Of a DNA stretch of 64,000 bases, positions 1 to 12,925 are shown piece by piece. Within the stretch, counting starts at the first letter, position 1. Each line of letters begins with the position of its first letter. A program made the translations under genes and the position numbers. Source of the DNA: Eledone cirrhosa (Eukaryota). Location of the stretch: NCBI GenBank assembly GCA_964016885.1, contig OZ024743.1, positions 289,664,001-289,728,000 of the forward strand, in the 5' to 3' direction. The notes below the pieces were generated by a model. It was given only the letters and a program-made list of their open reading frames with translations, did not search any database and was not told where the DNA came from.

Positions 1-690
1 ACAACGACTCTTGTTTGTTTATTTATATCTTTATATCTTTACATCTTTATTTGCTGTATTAATGCTCCTCCACGAATTCTACCTCTATACATCCATGTAC
101 TTTCTACTTCCCTTATTCGGACTTTTACTCGCGTGTACCCTTAGCACACGTCACTGGAAAATCACCCCCTGGGAACATAAATACCGCAACCTGAACTATA
201 TTGTATTTCTCCTGTGTCTTGAACTCTACATTTACTAGACAACGACTATTGTTTGTTTATCTATATCTTCACATCTTTGTTTGCTGTATTAATGCCTTTC
301 CACGTACTCTACCTCTATACATCCATGTACTTTTTACTCCCCTTATTCGGACTTTTACTCGCGTGCACCTTTACCACACGACACAGGATTGCCCCCCCCC
401 CCCCCCCGGGAACATAAATACTGCAACCTGAACTATATTGTAATTCTCCTATGTCTTGATTTCTCCATCTTACTCCAACACCACTCTTGTTGGTTTATTT
501 ACATGTTTATACCTATATATTGATATGTTTATATATTTATACCTCTGCTGTACCAATGTGCTCTTCCACGTATTCCACTTCTATGTATCCATGTATTTCT
601 ACTCCTCACACTGGGACCTGTACCCATTAGCACACGACACTAGAATGTCTCCTCCTGAGAACAAAAATTAAACATTACACGACTATATCC
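1..690. repeat. ~238-bp diverged tandem repeat (3 units: 1-238, 239-~474, ~475-690), probably part of a long retroelement 3' UTR
   Basis: acaacgact..ttgtttgttta, atccatgtac and caacctgaactatattgta recur at ~238-bp spacing; the third unit is more diverged. Confidence 0.75.
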
Positions 691-906
691 CGTACTCTAC
701 ATCCCACTAGGATAAATTACAGATCTACATAATACAATTAACGTTTCTTCATAAAAGACTCTATTTAATTAACCTCCGCAACCCAAAACCCCATAGAAGT
801 TATTTGAATGTTTAATCTTCAATTTTCTGTTTGTTCAATTCTCAATCTTCTTACTCCTTAGTTTTATAATGTTATTCTGAATTCTTTCAACTTCATCCGA
901 TAGAGT

Positions 907-1917
907 TAAGCAAAATTCTAAAGTTTCAACTTTCTGTCGGACCGCTGGGTGGGTTTTAGCGGCGGCGCGACCAGCTCCCTGGCGAACGAGCTCACCTGGA
1001 GTGCTTGGAAAAATAAATTTCCCCTTCTTTCGGTAAATGAAAATACTCGGCGTGGCTTAATTCGCCATGGGGCCCGGGGCGCGGCCGGTGTTTTAACCGC
1101 CAAATAGTACCTTTAAATTACAGAACAAATCGGAACTATTAGATATATCAACCTGAAACTGTTGAACTTTAAATTTTCTAACCTCTTTAATATGGAATAT
1201 TGATTATTAATTTTTTAGCTTCATCCTATAAGTCTAAACATTGTAACACACTGACCCCCAATATATTCACCTCTGCTAAGATGCGGGTCCCTGTGAAAAT
1301 TTTGTCGCTCCACTCCTGGCCCGACTGTGGTGTGACATTAATATCGATCTTCCTTCCTCTCTCTTTCTATCTTCCTTCTTGTAGATATCAACCATTACTC
1401 TTTTACTTCTCTAAGCAAAATTTTAAAGTTCCAACTTTCTGTCGGACTGTTGGGTGGGTTTTAATGGCGGCGCGACCAGCTCCCTGGCGAACGAGCTCAC
1501 CTGGAGTGCTTGGAAAAATAAATTTCCCTTCTTTCAGTAAATAAAAATACTCGGCGTAGCTTAATTCGCCATGGGGCCCGGGGCGCGGCCGGTGTTTTAA
1601 CCGCCACATAGTACCTTTAAATTACAGAACAAATCGGAACTATTATATAATAAAATGTTAAACTGTTGAACTTTAAATTTTCTAACCTCTTTAATATTGA
1701 ATATTGATTATTAATTTTTTTAACTTCATCCTAGAAGTCTAAACACTGTAACACACTGACTCCCAATATATTCATCTCTGCTAAGATGCGGGTCCGTGTG
1801 AACATTTTCTCGCGCCACTCCTGGCTTGACTGTGGTCTGACATTAATATCGATCTTTCTTCCTCTTTCTTTCTATCTTCCTTCTTGTAGCCATCAACCCT
1901 TACTTTTCTACTTCTCT
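907..1917. repeat. 505-bp direct duplication (907-1411, 1412-~1917) containing a GC-rich hairpin
   Basis: taagcaaaatt..aaagtt.caactttctgtcggac at 907 and 1412; near-identical internal sequence. Confidence 0.85.
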
Positions 1918-2306
1918 CTTCTCTTCCTTCTCTTCTCCCCTCTTCCTGTCTTCCTCCCGCAGACTTATCTTCCTTCCCCCTCTTGCTTGCCTATATCTGA
2001 CCGGTAGTAGTTGCCTTTCTTCTTTTAGCTGACATTAACCCTGGCTTCTCTTCTTCTTTCTTCCCCCCTCTTCTCTCTCCTTCCTTTCTTTCTTTCTTTT
2101 ACCTTGTGTCATGAGATCGACGTTAACTTATGTTCCCATCCCTTTCTGTTTTGGTTTATCTGACCGGTAGTAGCATACTATAAACTTTAGCCACGTCACT
2201 CCAGGACGACCGGCTGAGGTTGAAGGAACAGAATAGCGGTCGCCCTCGGGTCCTCGATTTTCAGCCCCATGGATTTTATCTATTACATTCACGTATTATA
2301 TTTCGA

Positions 2307-2364
2307 ATACCTGATGATATCACCGGATTCATACGGAACCTGGTCATTGAAATGATCATAGTAT
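2307..2364 (+). ncRNA. Minimal type-I hammerhead ribozyme at a probable PLE 3' end
   Basis: ATAC-CTGATGA-[stem II with ACCGG/CTGGT]-GAAA-TGATCA (palindrome)-TA-GTAT; AATAAA at 2365-2370, then (TA)n at ~2413. Confidence 0.75.
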
Positions 2365-2594
2365 AATAAACCTTTCAAGGATTTACACAAATCCAGCCTC
2401 CTGTCATTTCATTATATATATATATATATATATAGGAGGAGGTTATAGTTCACTTGAAGCATTGTGTAATGAGGTATAAACGTTTGAATATGTATAATAA
2501 AGCCAAAACAATGCAGGCATGGACATAGAAAAAGAATGCAATTGCAAAAGATATTGTTGACAAATTGTCTTTTACCTTAGATTTATTTAAATGT

Positions 2595-2629
2595 CCTTAA
2601 TTTTCGAGATAATATCTCTTCCTCAGAGG
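2595..2629 (-). ncRNA. Minimal HHR in the PLE1 pseudo-LTR (minus arm)
   Basis: CCT-CTGAGGA-A-GAGAT ATT ATCTC-GAAA-ATTA-AGG; differs from the plus-arm copy only at free core position 7. Confidence 0.6.
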
Positions 2630-3009
2630 GAAATAAAGGTCTCAAACCAGCCTTCTAAATATCTTGCCAAGCCATGCTGACAGGAAATAGTATAGAGTAT
2701 CTGTTCTACCTCTAATGTCAAAGAGTTAAAATTAGATGGATAAAGAGTAGTCTCCCTTTAAAAGGGGTTTGTTTAGGTTTTTTTTATTTTTTATTATATA
2801 CATGCCTGTTTAAGTGTGTGGGAGAATGCATGAAGGTGTAAGTATGTGAGTGTGTGTGTGTGAGTGTGAGAAGATAAGTCTATTCGTAAATGTGGGGGAT
2901 AGGTGTTATCTGGTGTTAGAACTGGTTATGTGTGTGTATGTGTGAGAGAGAATAAGTGGAGGTGTAAGCGTGTGTGTGGGGTGTGTAAATATGGGGCTAG
3001 AAGCCCTAT

Positions 3010-5305
3010 CAGGTTATAAATTGGGTGTTGAGTTCTAGTCTATTATTGATTGGTGGTTGCGTTTTATCTATAATTAGTGCTTCCTTAATTCTAAGATTGC
3101 CGAGGTTTCATTCCTTAGTTTCTATCCTAACTGTTATGGTTTTGTCGGTGTTTTTGCATTTAACTAGGTGTTTCTTAAATGAGGAAGCGTTAGTATTGAG
3201 GTGTTCTTTTATTCTTATGTGGAGTGGTCTGGTGGTGCTACCTACGTAGAAGTTGTTGCATTTGTCACACTCTAGTCTGTATACGACGTAAGCCTGGTGG
3301 CATAGGTCTGTGTCGTTGATGGGGCAGTTGGCTAGTCTGCAGCAGTTGTCATGTCTGGTGGAGTGTCTTTTGGTTAGCTGTCCGCGTAGAGAAGGACCTG
3401 AGTGGGCCAGTTGGATATCTAGTCCCTCTCATCTGATGGCTCTGCGGATGGCTGTTGTTGTTTCTTCACTGAAGTGTGGGAGCTTCAGGAAGCAAGTGTT
3501 AGTGCCTCGGGTGTGGTGTCCTCTGTTCTTTCTGGCACGGTTTGTGGTGGATGTCGTGTATCCGTTCAGTTTGAGTACTTCCAGGAAATGTGTGGTGTGT
3601 GTGTCTCGGTCTCCATCGTCGGTGCATTTGTTCCGGATACGTGCCAGTTCGTTCCTTATGTATCCGAACTTGGCACCGAATGGGAGGGCCGATCTGAAAT
3701 GTACGAACAGGTCCCTGCTGGCGGCTTTTTTATAGAAGCAGGTGTGGATGTTGCCTTCCTCTGTTACCCTGAGTTGGAAGTCCAGTAGGGATAGGGATCC
3801 ACGGTCATCGGGGTGTTCCATGCTGAACTTTATACTGGCGTCCATGCTGGAGAATGTTGTGTATATTTTATCTGCCTCCTCACGGGATGATGTAAGATGT
3901 AAGGATGAGTATGTCATCTACATATCGGGTGAAGAAAGCATGGGAATGGCAGGTGTTGAGGGCTCGGCATTCTAGCTGGTTCATGTAGGTGATGGCCAGC
4001 AGGCCCGATAGGCTGGATCCCATGGGTAATCCTGTTGTCTGTCTGTATGTGTGGTGGTGGAAGGTGAAGTACGTGTTGTCTACTGTGAAGGACAAAAGCT
4101 GGTGTATGTCCGTCGGGTGGAGGCCATAGCAGTGGATGTCCTCTGCGACCACGCAGTCCGTCAATAAATCGACAGCTGGATGAGCGGGGACTGTAGTGTA
4201 GAGGGAGACAACGTCTAGGCTAAAAGCGTATTTATTTAGTTTAAGTTGTTCAGGCTGGAGTTGGTGTAGTCTACGTATAACTTCGTCGGAGCTACTGACA
4301 TGCCCGGGAAAGGTGGAGAGTAGAGGCTTGAGGACCTGGGAGAGGAGCCAGGAAATGTTGTATAGGGGTCCTTCTATGCTAGAGACGATGGGTCTTATTT
4401 GTGTCTTAGTACTATTCTTGTGGGTCTTGATGAGGTGGTAGAAAGTGGGCAGTCTGCTATTTCTAGTGGTGTAGTTGAGCTTAATTTTATTTGGGAGTTG
4501 TCTTCTCCTACAGATATCGAACCAAATGCAGTTGGTCTGTTTTTCGATCTGGGCTGCAGTCATGTCCGGGATCTCTGTGTATAATTCATTGTCGCTTAGG
4601 TGTTCAAAGGCTAGGTTATTGTATGTGGCTTGAGAGATGACGCAAAACTCTTTACCTTTGTCGGATGGTAAGTATATAAGTTCCCTATTCCGATATCCGT
4701 TTTAGCTGGTAGGCAGCCCGACAGAAATTCGTTTCTATGTCGAGCCATAATTTGTCGTCCAGTTTCTGTTTCAATATAAACTTGGGACCCAGGCTGAGGA
4801 GGTCTAATTCCTCTCGGGAGAGGGATCCTGTCAAGTCTGTGACGAGGTGTTTTGCGTCAGGTGTGTTGTTGGTCGGGGCGCCGCTAGGTTCGGTGTTGGT
4901 ACTGTCTTGTTCGCCTCTGTTGGTGTTTAAAGTTGGGTAGTTGTTAAGACGGTTGGCCGTCCTGAGTTTGATAAATTTTTGCGTTAGACGTATTTTTTCG
5001 TAGTCTCGGCGATGGTGGTATGACCTGTCTATAGCGGCGGAGATAACTCTGGACAGAGGTTCTGGGGTTTCAGCGAGTTGTGGTACAAGGCTGGAAATAG
5101 TCCGTATGTGATGTTGTAGCGTGCGGTGTAGGTGTTGTATGAGTTTTCTTAGGCAGAATTTTTGTATGTAACTAAGTGATCGTTTGAGGCCTGGAGATTT
5201 GAAACATGTTGGTAGGTGCACATTTTTGATAGTTTTGGGGATGATGTTGTTACTCAGGCATCGTTTTAGGAAGTTTATTTGGCAGCCGGCTTTGGCGCGC
5301 TTTTC
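3010..5305 (-). pseudogene. Disrupted PLE1 RT/GIY-YIG ORF (inverted arm)
   Basis: ORF pieces 4685-5221, 3880-4563 and 3429-3917 match the plus-arm protein; ~207-bp deletion near 4695 and a 7-bp duplication (ttacatc) near 3895. Confidence 0.9.
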
Positions 5306-7859
5306 CTATCCTTACGCCTGAGCCAGGCCCAGTTCACAACTGTAAAGAAACTCTTCCAGCTATCTGAAAAGCGCGCCAAAGCCGGCTGCCAAATAAACTT
5401 CCTAAAACGATGCCTGAATGACAACATCATCCCCAAAACTATCAAAACTTTGCACCTACCAACATGTTTCAAATCTCCAGGCCTCAAACGATCACTTAGT
5501 TACATACACAAATTCTGCCTAAGAAAACTCATACAACACCTACACCGCACTCTACAACATCACATACGGACTATTTCCAGCCTTGTACCACAACTCGCTG
5601 AAACCCCAGAACCTCTGTCCAGAGTTATCTCCGCCGCTATAGACAGGTCATACCACCATCGCCGAGACTACGAGGAAATAAGTCTAACGCAAAAATTTCT
5701 CAAACTCAGGACGGCCAACCGTCTTAACAAAATCCCAACTCTAAACACCAACAGAGGCGAACAAGACAGTACCAACACCGAACCTAGCGGCACCACGACC
5801 AAAAACATACCTGACGCAAAACACCTCGTCACAGACTTGCCAGGATCCCTCTCCCGAGAGGAATTAAACCTCCTCAGCCTGGGTCCCAAGTTTATATTGA
5901 AACAGAGACTGGACAACAAATTATGGCTCGACATAGAAACGAATTTCTGTCGGGCTGCCTACCAGCTAAAACGGATATCGACTCTCGACAATAACACCAC
6001 GGAATCCATCAAACCCAGATTCCCGATATACCAACTGGATCGCCCACCCTGTCCACCGCCTGCCAACCGCGAACTTGAAGAAAAAATCTCGAGGCTAAAA
6101 AATTTCGTATCTAACATCTTACGGAAACAGAAGAAGATAGCCCCAAACCTCTCCAGGACACAACAACTCGCCCTGAAGAACCTACGGAATAGGGAACTTA
6201 TATACTTACCATCCGACAAAGGTAAAGAGTTTTGCGTCATCTCAAGCCACATACAATAACCTAGCCTTTGAACACCTAAGCGACAATGAATTATACACAG
6301 AGATCCCGGACATGACTGCAGCCCAGATCGAAAAACAGACCAACTCCATTTGGTTCGATATCTGTAGGAGAAGACAACTCCCAAATAAAATTAAGCTCAA
6401 CTACACCACTAGAAATAGCAGACTGCCCACTTTCTACCACCTCATCAAGACCCACAAGAAGAGTACTAAGACGCAAATAAGACCCATCGTCTCTAGCATA
6501 GAAGGACCCCTATACAAAATTTCCTGGCTCCTCTCCCAGGTCCTCAAGCCTCTACTCTCCACCTTTCCCGGGCATGTCAGTAGCTCCGACGAAGTTATAC
6601 GTAGACTACACCAACTCCAGCCAGAACAACTTAAACTAAATAAATACGCTTTTAGCCTAGACGTTGTCTCCCTCTACACTACAGTCCCCGCTCATCCAGC
6701 TGTCGATTTATTGACGGACTGCGTGGTCGCAGAGGACATCCACTGCTATGGCCTCCACCCGACGGACATACACCAGCTTTTGTCCTTCACAGTAGACAAC
6801 ACGTACTTCACCTTCCACCACCACACATACAGACAGACAACAGGATTACCTATGGGATCCAGCCTATCGGGCCTGCTGGCCATCACCTACATGAACCAGT
6901 TAGAATGCCGAGCCCTCAACACCTGCCATTCCCATGCCTTCTTCACCCGATATGTAGATGACATACTCATCCTTACATCATCCCGTGAGGAGGCAGATAA
7001 AATATACACAACATTCTCCAGCATGGACGCCAGTATAAGGTTCAGCATGGAACACCCCGATGACCGCGGATCCCTATCCCTACTGGTCTTCCAACTCAGG
7101 GTAACAGAGGAAGGCAACATCCACACCTGCTTCTATAAAAAAGCCGCCAGCAGGGAACTGTTCGTACATTTCAGATCGGCCCTCCCACTCGGTGCCAAGT
7201 TCGGATACATAAGGAACGAACTGGCACGTATCCGGAACAAATGCACCGACGCTGGAGACCGAGACACACACACCACACATTTCCTGGAAGTACTTAAACT
7301 GAACGGATACACGACATCCACCACAAACCGTGCCAGAAAGAACAGAGGACACCACACCCGAGGCACTAACACTTTCTTCCTGAAGCTACCACACTTCAGT
7401 GAAGAAACAACAACAGCCATCCGCGGAGCCATCAGACGAGAGGGACTAGATATCCAACTGGCCCACTCAGGTCCTTCTCTACGCGGACAGCTAACCAAAA
7501 GACACTCCACCAGACATGACAACTGCTGCAGACTAGCCAACTGCCCCATCAACGACACAGACCTATGCCACCAGGCTTACGTCGTATACAGACTAGAGTG
7601 TGACAAATGCAACAACTTCTACGTAGGTAGCACCACCAGACCACTCCACATAAGAATAAAAGAACACCTCAATACTAACGCTTCCTCATTTAAGAAACAC
7701 CTAGTTAAATGCAAAAACACCGACAAAACCATAACAGTTAGGATACAAACTAAGGAAAGAAACCTCGGCAATCTTAGAATTAAGGAAGCACTAATTATAG
7801 ATAAAACGCAACCACCAATCAATAATAGACTAGAACTCAACACCCAATTTATAACCTGA
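5306..7859 (+). CDS. PLE1 polyprotein: reverse transcriptase + C-terminal GIY-YIG endonuclease, one 2-bp frameshift near 6241 (Nematis/Neptune-like linker; clade tentative)
   Basis: RT motifs DKG, IRPIVS, SLDVVSLYT, GLPMGSSLS, RYVDD; linker CRLANCP..C; EN VVY..CDKC..YVGST.R.L..R..EH; ORFs 5279-6259 and 6312-7859 join in frame with +2 nt. Confidence 0.93.
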
Positions 7860-8241
7860 TAGGGCTTCTAGTCCCATATTTACACACCCCACACACACGC
7901 TTACACCTGCACTTATTCTCTCTCACACATACACACACAAAACCAGTTCTAACACCAGATAACACCTATCCCCCACATTTACGAATAGACTTATCTTCTC
8001 ACACTCACACACACACACTCACATACTTACACCTTCATGCATTCTCCCACACACTTAAACAGGCATGTATATAATAAAAAAAAACAAAAAACCCCTAAAC
8101 AAACCCCTTTTAAAGGGAGACTACTCTTTATCCATCTAATTTTAACTCTTTGACATTAGAGATAGAACAGATACTCTATACTATTTCCTGTCAGCATGGC
8201 TTGGCAAGATATTTAGAAGGCTGGTTTGAGACCTTTATTTC

Positions 8242-8276
8242 CCTCTGAAGAAGAGATATTATCTCGAAAATTAAGG
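8242..8276 (+). ncRNA. Minimal HHR in the PLE1 pseudo-LTR (plus arm)
   Basis: CCT-CTGAAGA-A-GAGAT ATT ATCTC-GAAA-ATTA-AGG; stem I only 3 bp. Confidence 0.6.
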
Positions 8277-10359
8277 ACATTTAAATAAATCTAAGGTAAA
8301 AGACAATTTGTCAACAATATCTTTTGCAATTGCATTCTTTTTCTATGTCCATACCTGCATTGTTTTGGCTTTATTATACATATTCAAACGTTTATATATA
8401 TATATGTTGGTATCGATGTGCGTTTCGGCAAGATAGACTTAATCATGAGGATTAACAATATACTGTAAATACTAGACTAAATATTACATTGTGAGGATTA
8501 TACCATAGATTTCGTGCCTATTCATAAATTCGTCGATCAAAATTTTGTTACAACAATTAAAATTCATGATGAAATATTAAAATTATTTAATGTATCTGAA
8601 TTCTCACCAGGACTGGACTCTCCTATATATCTTCGATATTGATTAACTGAATATTATTAAATTATTAATTAAAGCTTTTAGATCCAATAATATTAAAATT
8701 ACCTGCATAAATTTACTTTTTGTCCACATATATCATCGTCTTTGTGAAAGAAACTATATTTAATTGTACGACTAAATCTCTCTTTTATCTAATGTATAAT
8801 TTCGTAGACGTGATTTAAAAGGGGAAGCTGTGACATTTATGTTTTTCCCATGTCAGAATTAAATTACTTTCACGATGTTTTGAAACTACATCATGTTCAA
8901 ATTATTGCGGGAAATAGCTTTTCTTGAAATCATTATTAAAAATATACCAGGGAGGCTTGAGATTCGTGAGCTAAAGATATATAACCTAGCAGCCACATAG
9001 CCTGATAGGGATAGCTGCCAAATATTCCTTAAATTAAATAATATTTGAAGACAACATTAGAAAATCTAGTCCATTGTCTAGAGAAAATACGTTGAATATT
9101 CCTGGCTAGAATGACGTTATTAAAATACATGTTTTTCAGAGCTAATCTGACCCGCACCTCCAAAACAAACAAACAGAAATGGATGAAATCATTTATTTCT
9201 CATTTCAGTCCAGATCTATGGATTCTGTTTTGGGGTCTCATTCCTATCGTTATATCCATTATCAGGTTTTAAAGAATTGCGTGAAAGTAAGAAATTTTAC
9301 GTCGGTTCTTTTATTCTTGCTCAGCTTGGACACAGGCCGCCTTTAACCAATATTCACGAGGCGTTGTGCGACTGAAAATCAAAGGTTTACCCCATGGACA
9401 AGACACTGATTTGTCCAAAATATAATCAGCACATTTCACTAGCACTTGTTCTCAGCGACATGAAGTGGAACAATCTAAACAATGTGCCCGCAGCCAATTT
9501 GGGGAACCAAACCCACACACGACCTCAAGATCTTAAGCTCAACAACGTAAACAGAAGGACATGTGCATTTACCTTTTATGAGCATGTTACCAATGCAGTT
9601 AACATTTCCTGCTCAGTAATATAGACAAGGCGTACTGTAACAGAAGGTGTGAGAAATTAATTCATGACGGAATGTAAATAAACGGTGTTGCGTTATCATC
9701 TTTGTCAGGAACATTCATTTTGCTCTATGGCACTGAAGATTACTTATAATTATACTCGACATATTGTATTTCATATACAATTCACTCTAGAAACACCCCA
9801 CTCCCATTACCTTCCAAGTTTTCTGTCACCAAACATCAGTTATGTATTTCAAATATGTTTACAATGAAGTTTACGTATTCAATATAATATAACATACACA
9901 TTTACATATTAAATATTACATAGGACACTACTCATTACAAATCTATTTAAACGTCACGGATGTAAAAAGCCATGTACTAAGACAAATATATAACGTACAC
10001 AGTTACATATATCGAACAGTAGTCATAACAAATCTATTTAAATGTGACGAATGTATGATGTCAGGAACACAGAAGAGGAAACAAACAAAAACAAACAAAA
10101 TATGCCAACGAAAGAAAAAAAAAATCCATAAAACAACGCAACATTATTGTTCTTTATTAAATGCATTAACCTAAATATACTAATTATAAAACTCAACTAA
10201 AATCAATATGAGAAGAACAGAAATATCCACTCATCATTATTACTGCAGTATTGTCGTCTTCCAGATGAACATTATAAACGATAGTAACAACAGCAATATG
10301 TACAGCAGTCCCTTCATAAGCAGCATCAACAACATTTCAAAGAAGAATAACAACAATAG

Positions 10360-11345
10360 TAATAATTGTTTCTACGTTTTGGCACAAGGCCAGCAATTAC
10401 CCAGTGCATTACTGGTACTTTATTTTATCGACCCCGTAAGGATGAAAGGCAAAGTTAACCTCGAGCATAAGCAACTGTAGTATCAAGAGGTGGAGCAGAT
10501 GTTTCAATTTTCTCCGAGAGTGTAGAGAACAGTAATATATTTTATATATGCGTGTGTACATTTCTAACTCATTCCCGCCGAGGTTAACTTTGCCTTTTAT
10601 CCATACGGGGTCGATAAAATAAAGTACCAGTAATGTACTGGGTAATTGCTGGCCTTGTGCCAAAAGTAGAAACAATTATTAATAATGTCAAATTTCGGCA
10701 CAAGGCCAGCAATTTGGAGAAAAGGGAAAGCCAATTATATTGATCATGAAGATGAAAGGCAGTGTTGACTCCGATGGGATTTGACATTAGAACGTAAAAA
10801 GTCATAACTAAATAACGCAAAGCACTTAGTGCGACATTTTAACGATACTGTCGATCCAACGACTTCTAATCCAGAACAATAATTGTTTCTGATTTACGCA
10901 CAAGGCAAACAATTACGGGGGAGGGGAAAGTCGATTAAATTGACCCCAGTACATTATTGGTGCACTATTTTATGGACCCCGTAAGAATGAAAGGCAAAGC
11001 GAACCTCTGCGGACTTGAACTCAAGACGTAAGGGGACGTAACTATATGCAATAAAAGCTAATTGTCCGACGCTCAACCGATAATGTCAATTCACCAACCT
11101 TAATAACAATAGTCGATTTAATCGACTTTCCACTCTCCTTCAAATTGCTGGCCTTGTGCCTTAAGTAGAAACAAGTGGATTGGCAATTTCGGTAGAGGGT
11201 CGCACAACATTATTTGCAGCATAGAGTTACGGCCCTTTACGGTGTGAGGTCAAATGTCGCTGAGGTTAACTTTCACTTTCATCCTTACGGGGTCGATGAA
11301 ATAAAACACCAGTAATGCACTGGTGCAAAAAGTAGAAACAATTAT
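10360..11345. mobile_element. Cluster of tRNA-derived SINE family A copies and fragments in both orientations
   Basis: Repeated ggcacaaggccagcaatt...tttatcgaccccgtaaggatgaaaggcaaag.taacctcg and its reverse complement. Confidence 0.85.
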
Positions 11346-11359
11346 TATAAATATTATTA

Positions 11360-11890
11360 TCATTATTTCTTTATTGGCCGCTGGAGCTGAAAAATAGAGA
11401 ACAATACAAAGACAGGGACACTGGGCATTTACAAATGGTTTAACAAACGTATAACAAATGTAACAGTTAGCAGTTCATGACAAATTAATGGCAATAACAT
11501 TTCCGAATAGGGGCGTTACCACCAAGGTGTAACTTAGGAATACCACAGATCCTTAACCATGCTAATCACCAAGAGCATCATAGGAAGGTGCCCCTCTCGT
11601 TTCTAAACTCTCCAGCCTACAAGCTCATGTTTAGAGTAGGTCCCTCAAAAATAGAATAGAAGGCAGTGTTCGACACTCAAGCGTTAAACAATGATCACGG
11701 TAAAGTTAGTGTTTTCCACCCATGCTCAATCTTTCACAAGCAGCTTCCTCTCAGTCAATTTTGGAGAAGCTATGCAACCCTGCCCATGTTGTCTCAATTC
11801 CTGTCTCTGTACCGGCCAGGACCAAATCTGACATCGAGTTGTCTGACCTAACCGTTGCTGCAGCACCACACGACACTGTCTGAAGTTAAG
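11360..11890 (-). mobile_element. Decayed 3' fragment of an L1/Tx1-like LINE
   Basis: 3' UTR pattern (tttctttattggcc..., acaatacaaagacagggaca) shared with 38325 and 62455; remnant LWFGPG coding similarity. Confidence 0.5.
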
Positions 11891-12428
11891 GGTCTGCTTC
11901 TCCAGCTGCATAACCGCAATCTCACAGATGTTCAGGGTAATACCATCTAATACTTTAATTCAGGGTAATGCCATCTAATTTAATTAAAATATACCCATTC
12001 TTGCGCAAAGCAGGCTTGCTTAATCTATGCTATGTCTTCGACAATAATCATGCTACGTGTATACCCTCCTATTGCCTTTTACATCATAATCTCTACATTT
12101 CTACCTTTTCGCATACTCAATGTAACACTTGCCTAAATATTGTTACTTTCCAATAGATAATTATTTTCTTATATCAGTTACCTACCCACTTTATTTCTGC
12201 CATCTTGTTATTCATTTTCTTTTAGATATTTTCGAGATAGCATTTACTAAATATTGTTAGTTGATTTATTTGCATGTTGGCATAGTGATATAACTAGCAA
12301 ACCTTGCTTGCATTTAGGAAAGTCCGATAGCATGAAACATTTGTTTGCAAGTAAATTATTGTATGTACGAGGCATCATATATATGTGCTTGCATACAGGG
12401 CACACTTACTTCTTGTTAATACTCTCCT

Positions 12429-12539
<111 letters not shown>

Positions 12540-12773
12540 ATGCATAATCACAACCACACATACATATATAATTATGTATAACATTTATACATTACCTTTT
12601 TCCCATTGCTTTTCTAATATATATATATATATATAAGAAAAAGAATGGGTCGACCGTCGAAGAAACAACACCACGCTTTCAGTCGGCCCCCTGTATCATG
12701 AAAAGGAAATCATTTTTTGGGTTTGCGAATTTAAAGATTTATTAGGCACTATCAATGTTTATTTTAGGTTTTG

Positions 12774-12837
12774 CCGTCTGAAGAGCTCGGGTTAACTAAA
12801 CTGATAGTCCCCAGTGAAATTGAAATATGGTTAACGG
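12774..12837 (+). ncRNA. Type-I HHR in a short PLE-type 3' end inserted in (TA)n (12636-12887)
   Basis: CCGT-CTGAAGA-GCTCGGG..CCCCAGT-GAAA-TTGAAATATGG-TTA-ACGG; AATAAA follows at ~12845. Confidence 0.7.
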
Positions 12838-12885
12838 AGTTTTAAATAAACCTGAACAAACTGAATATGGCCTCTGATCTTTTAT

Positions 12886-12925
<40 letters not shown>

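Larger units (their letters stand above)
2433..8393. mobile_element. Penelope-like element family 1 arranged as a head-to-head palindrome (minus arm 2433-5305, plus arm 5306-8393), flanked by (TA)n
   Basis: 5281-5305 is the reverse complement of 5366-5390, and the arms match out to 2476/8393; both encode the same RT + GIY-YIG protein. Confidence 0.95.

Noticed and set aside
1-1917. Regular repeats as a CRISPR array, or the GC hairpin as an HDV-like ribozyme
   Set aside because: Units are 238 and 505 bp with no repeat-spacer pattern or cas genes; the HDV double pseudoknot could not be built
3025-7843. Antisense ORFs overlapping PLE1 (e.g. 3310-3735, 7133-7558)
   Set aside because: Shadow frames of the RT ORF, duplicated only because of the palindrome
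8405-8452. Minus-strand CTCATGA...GAAA-CGCACA-TC HHR-like relic
   Set aside because: Core and stems too degenerate; at most a decayed copy
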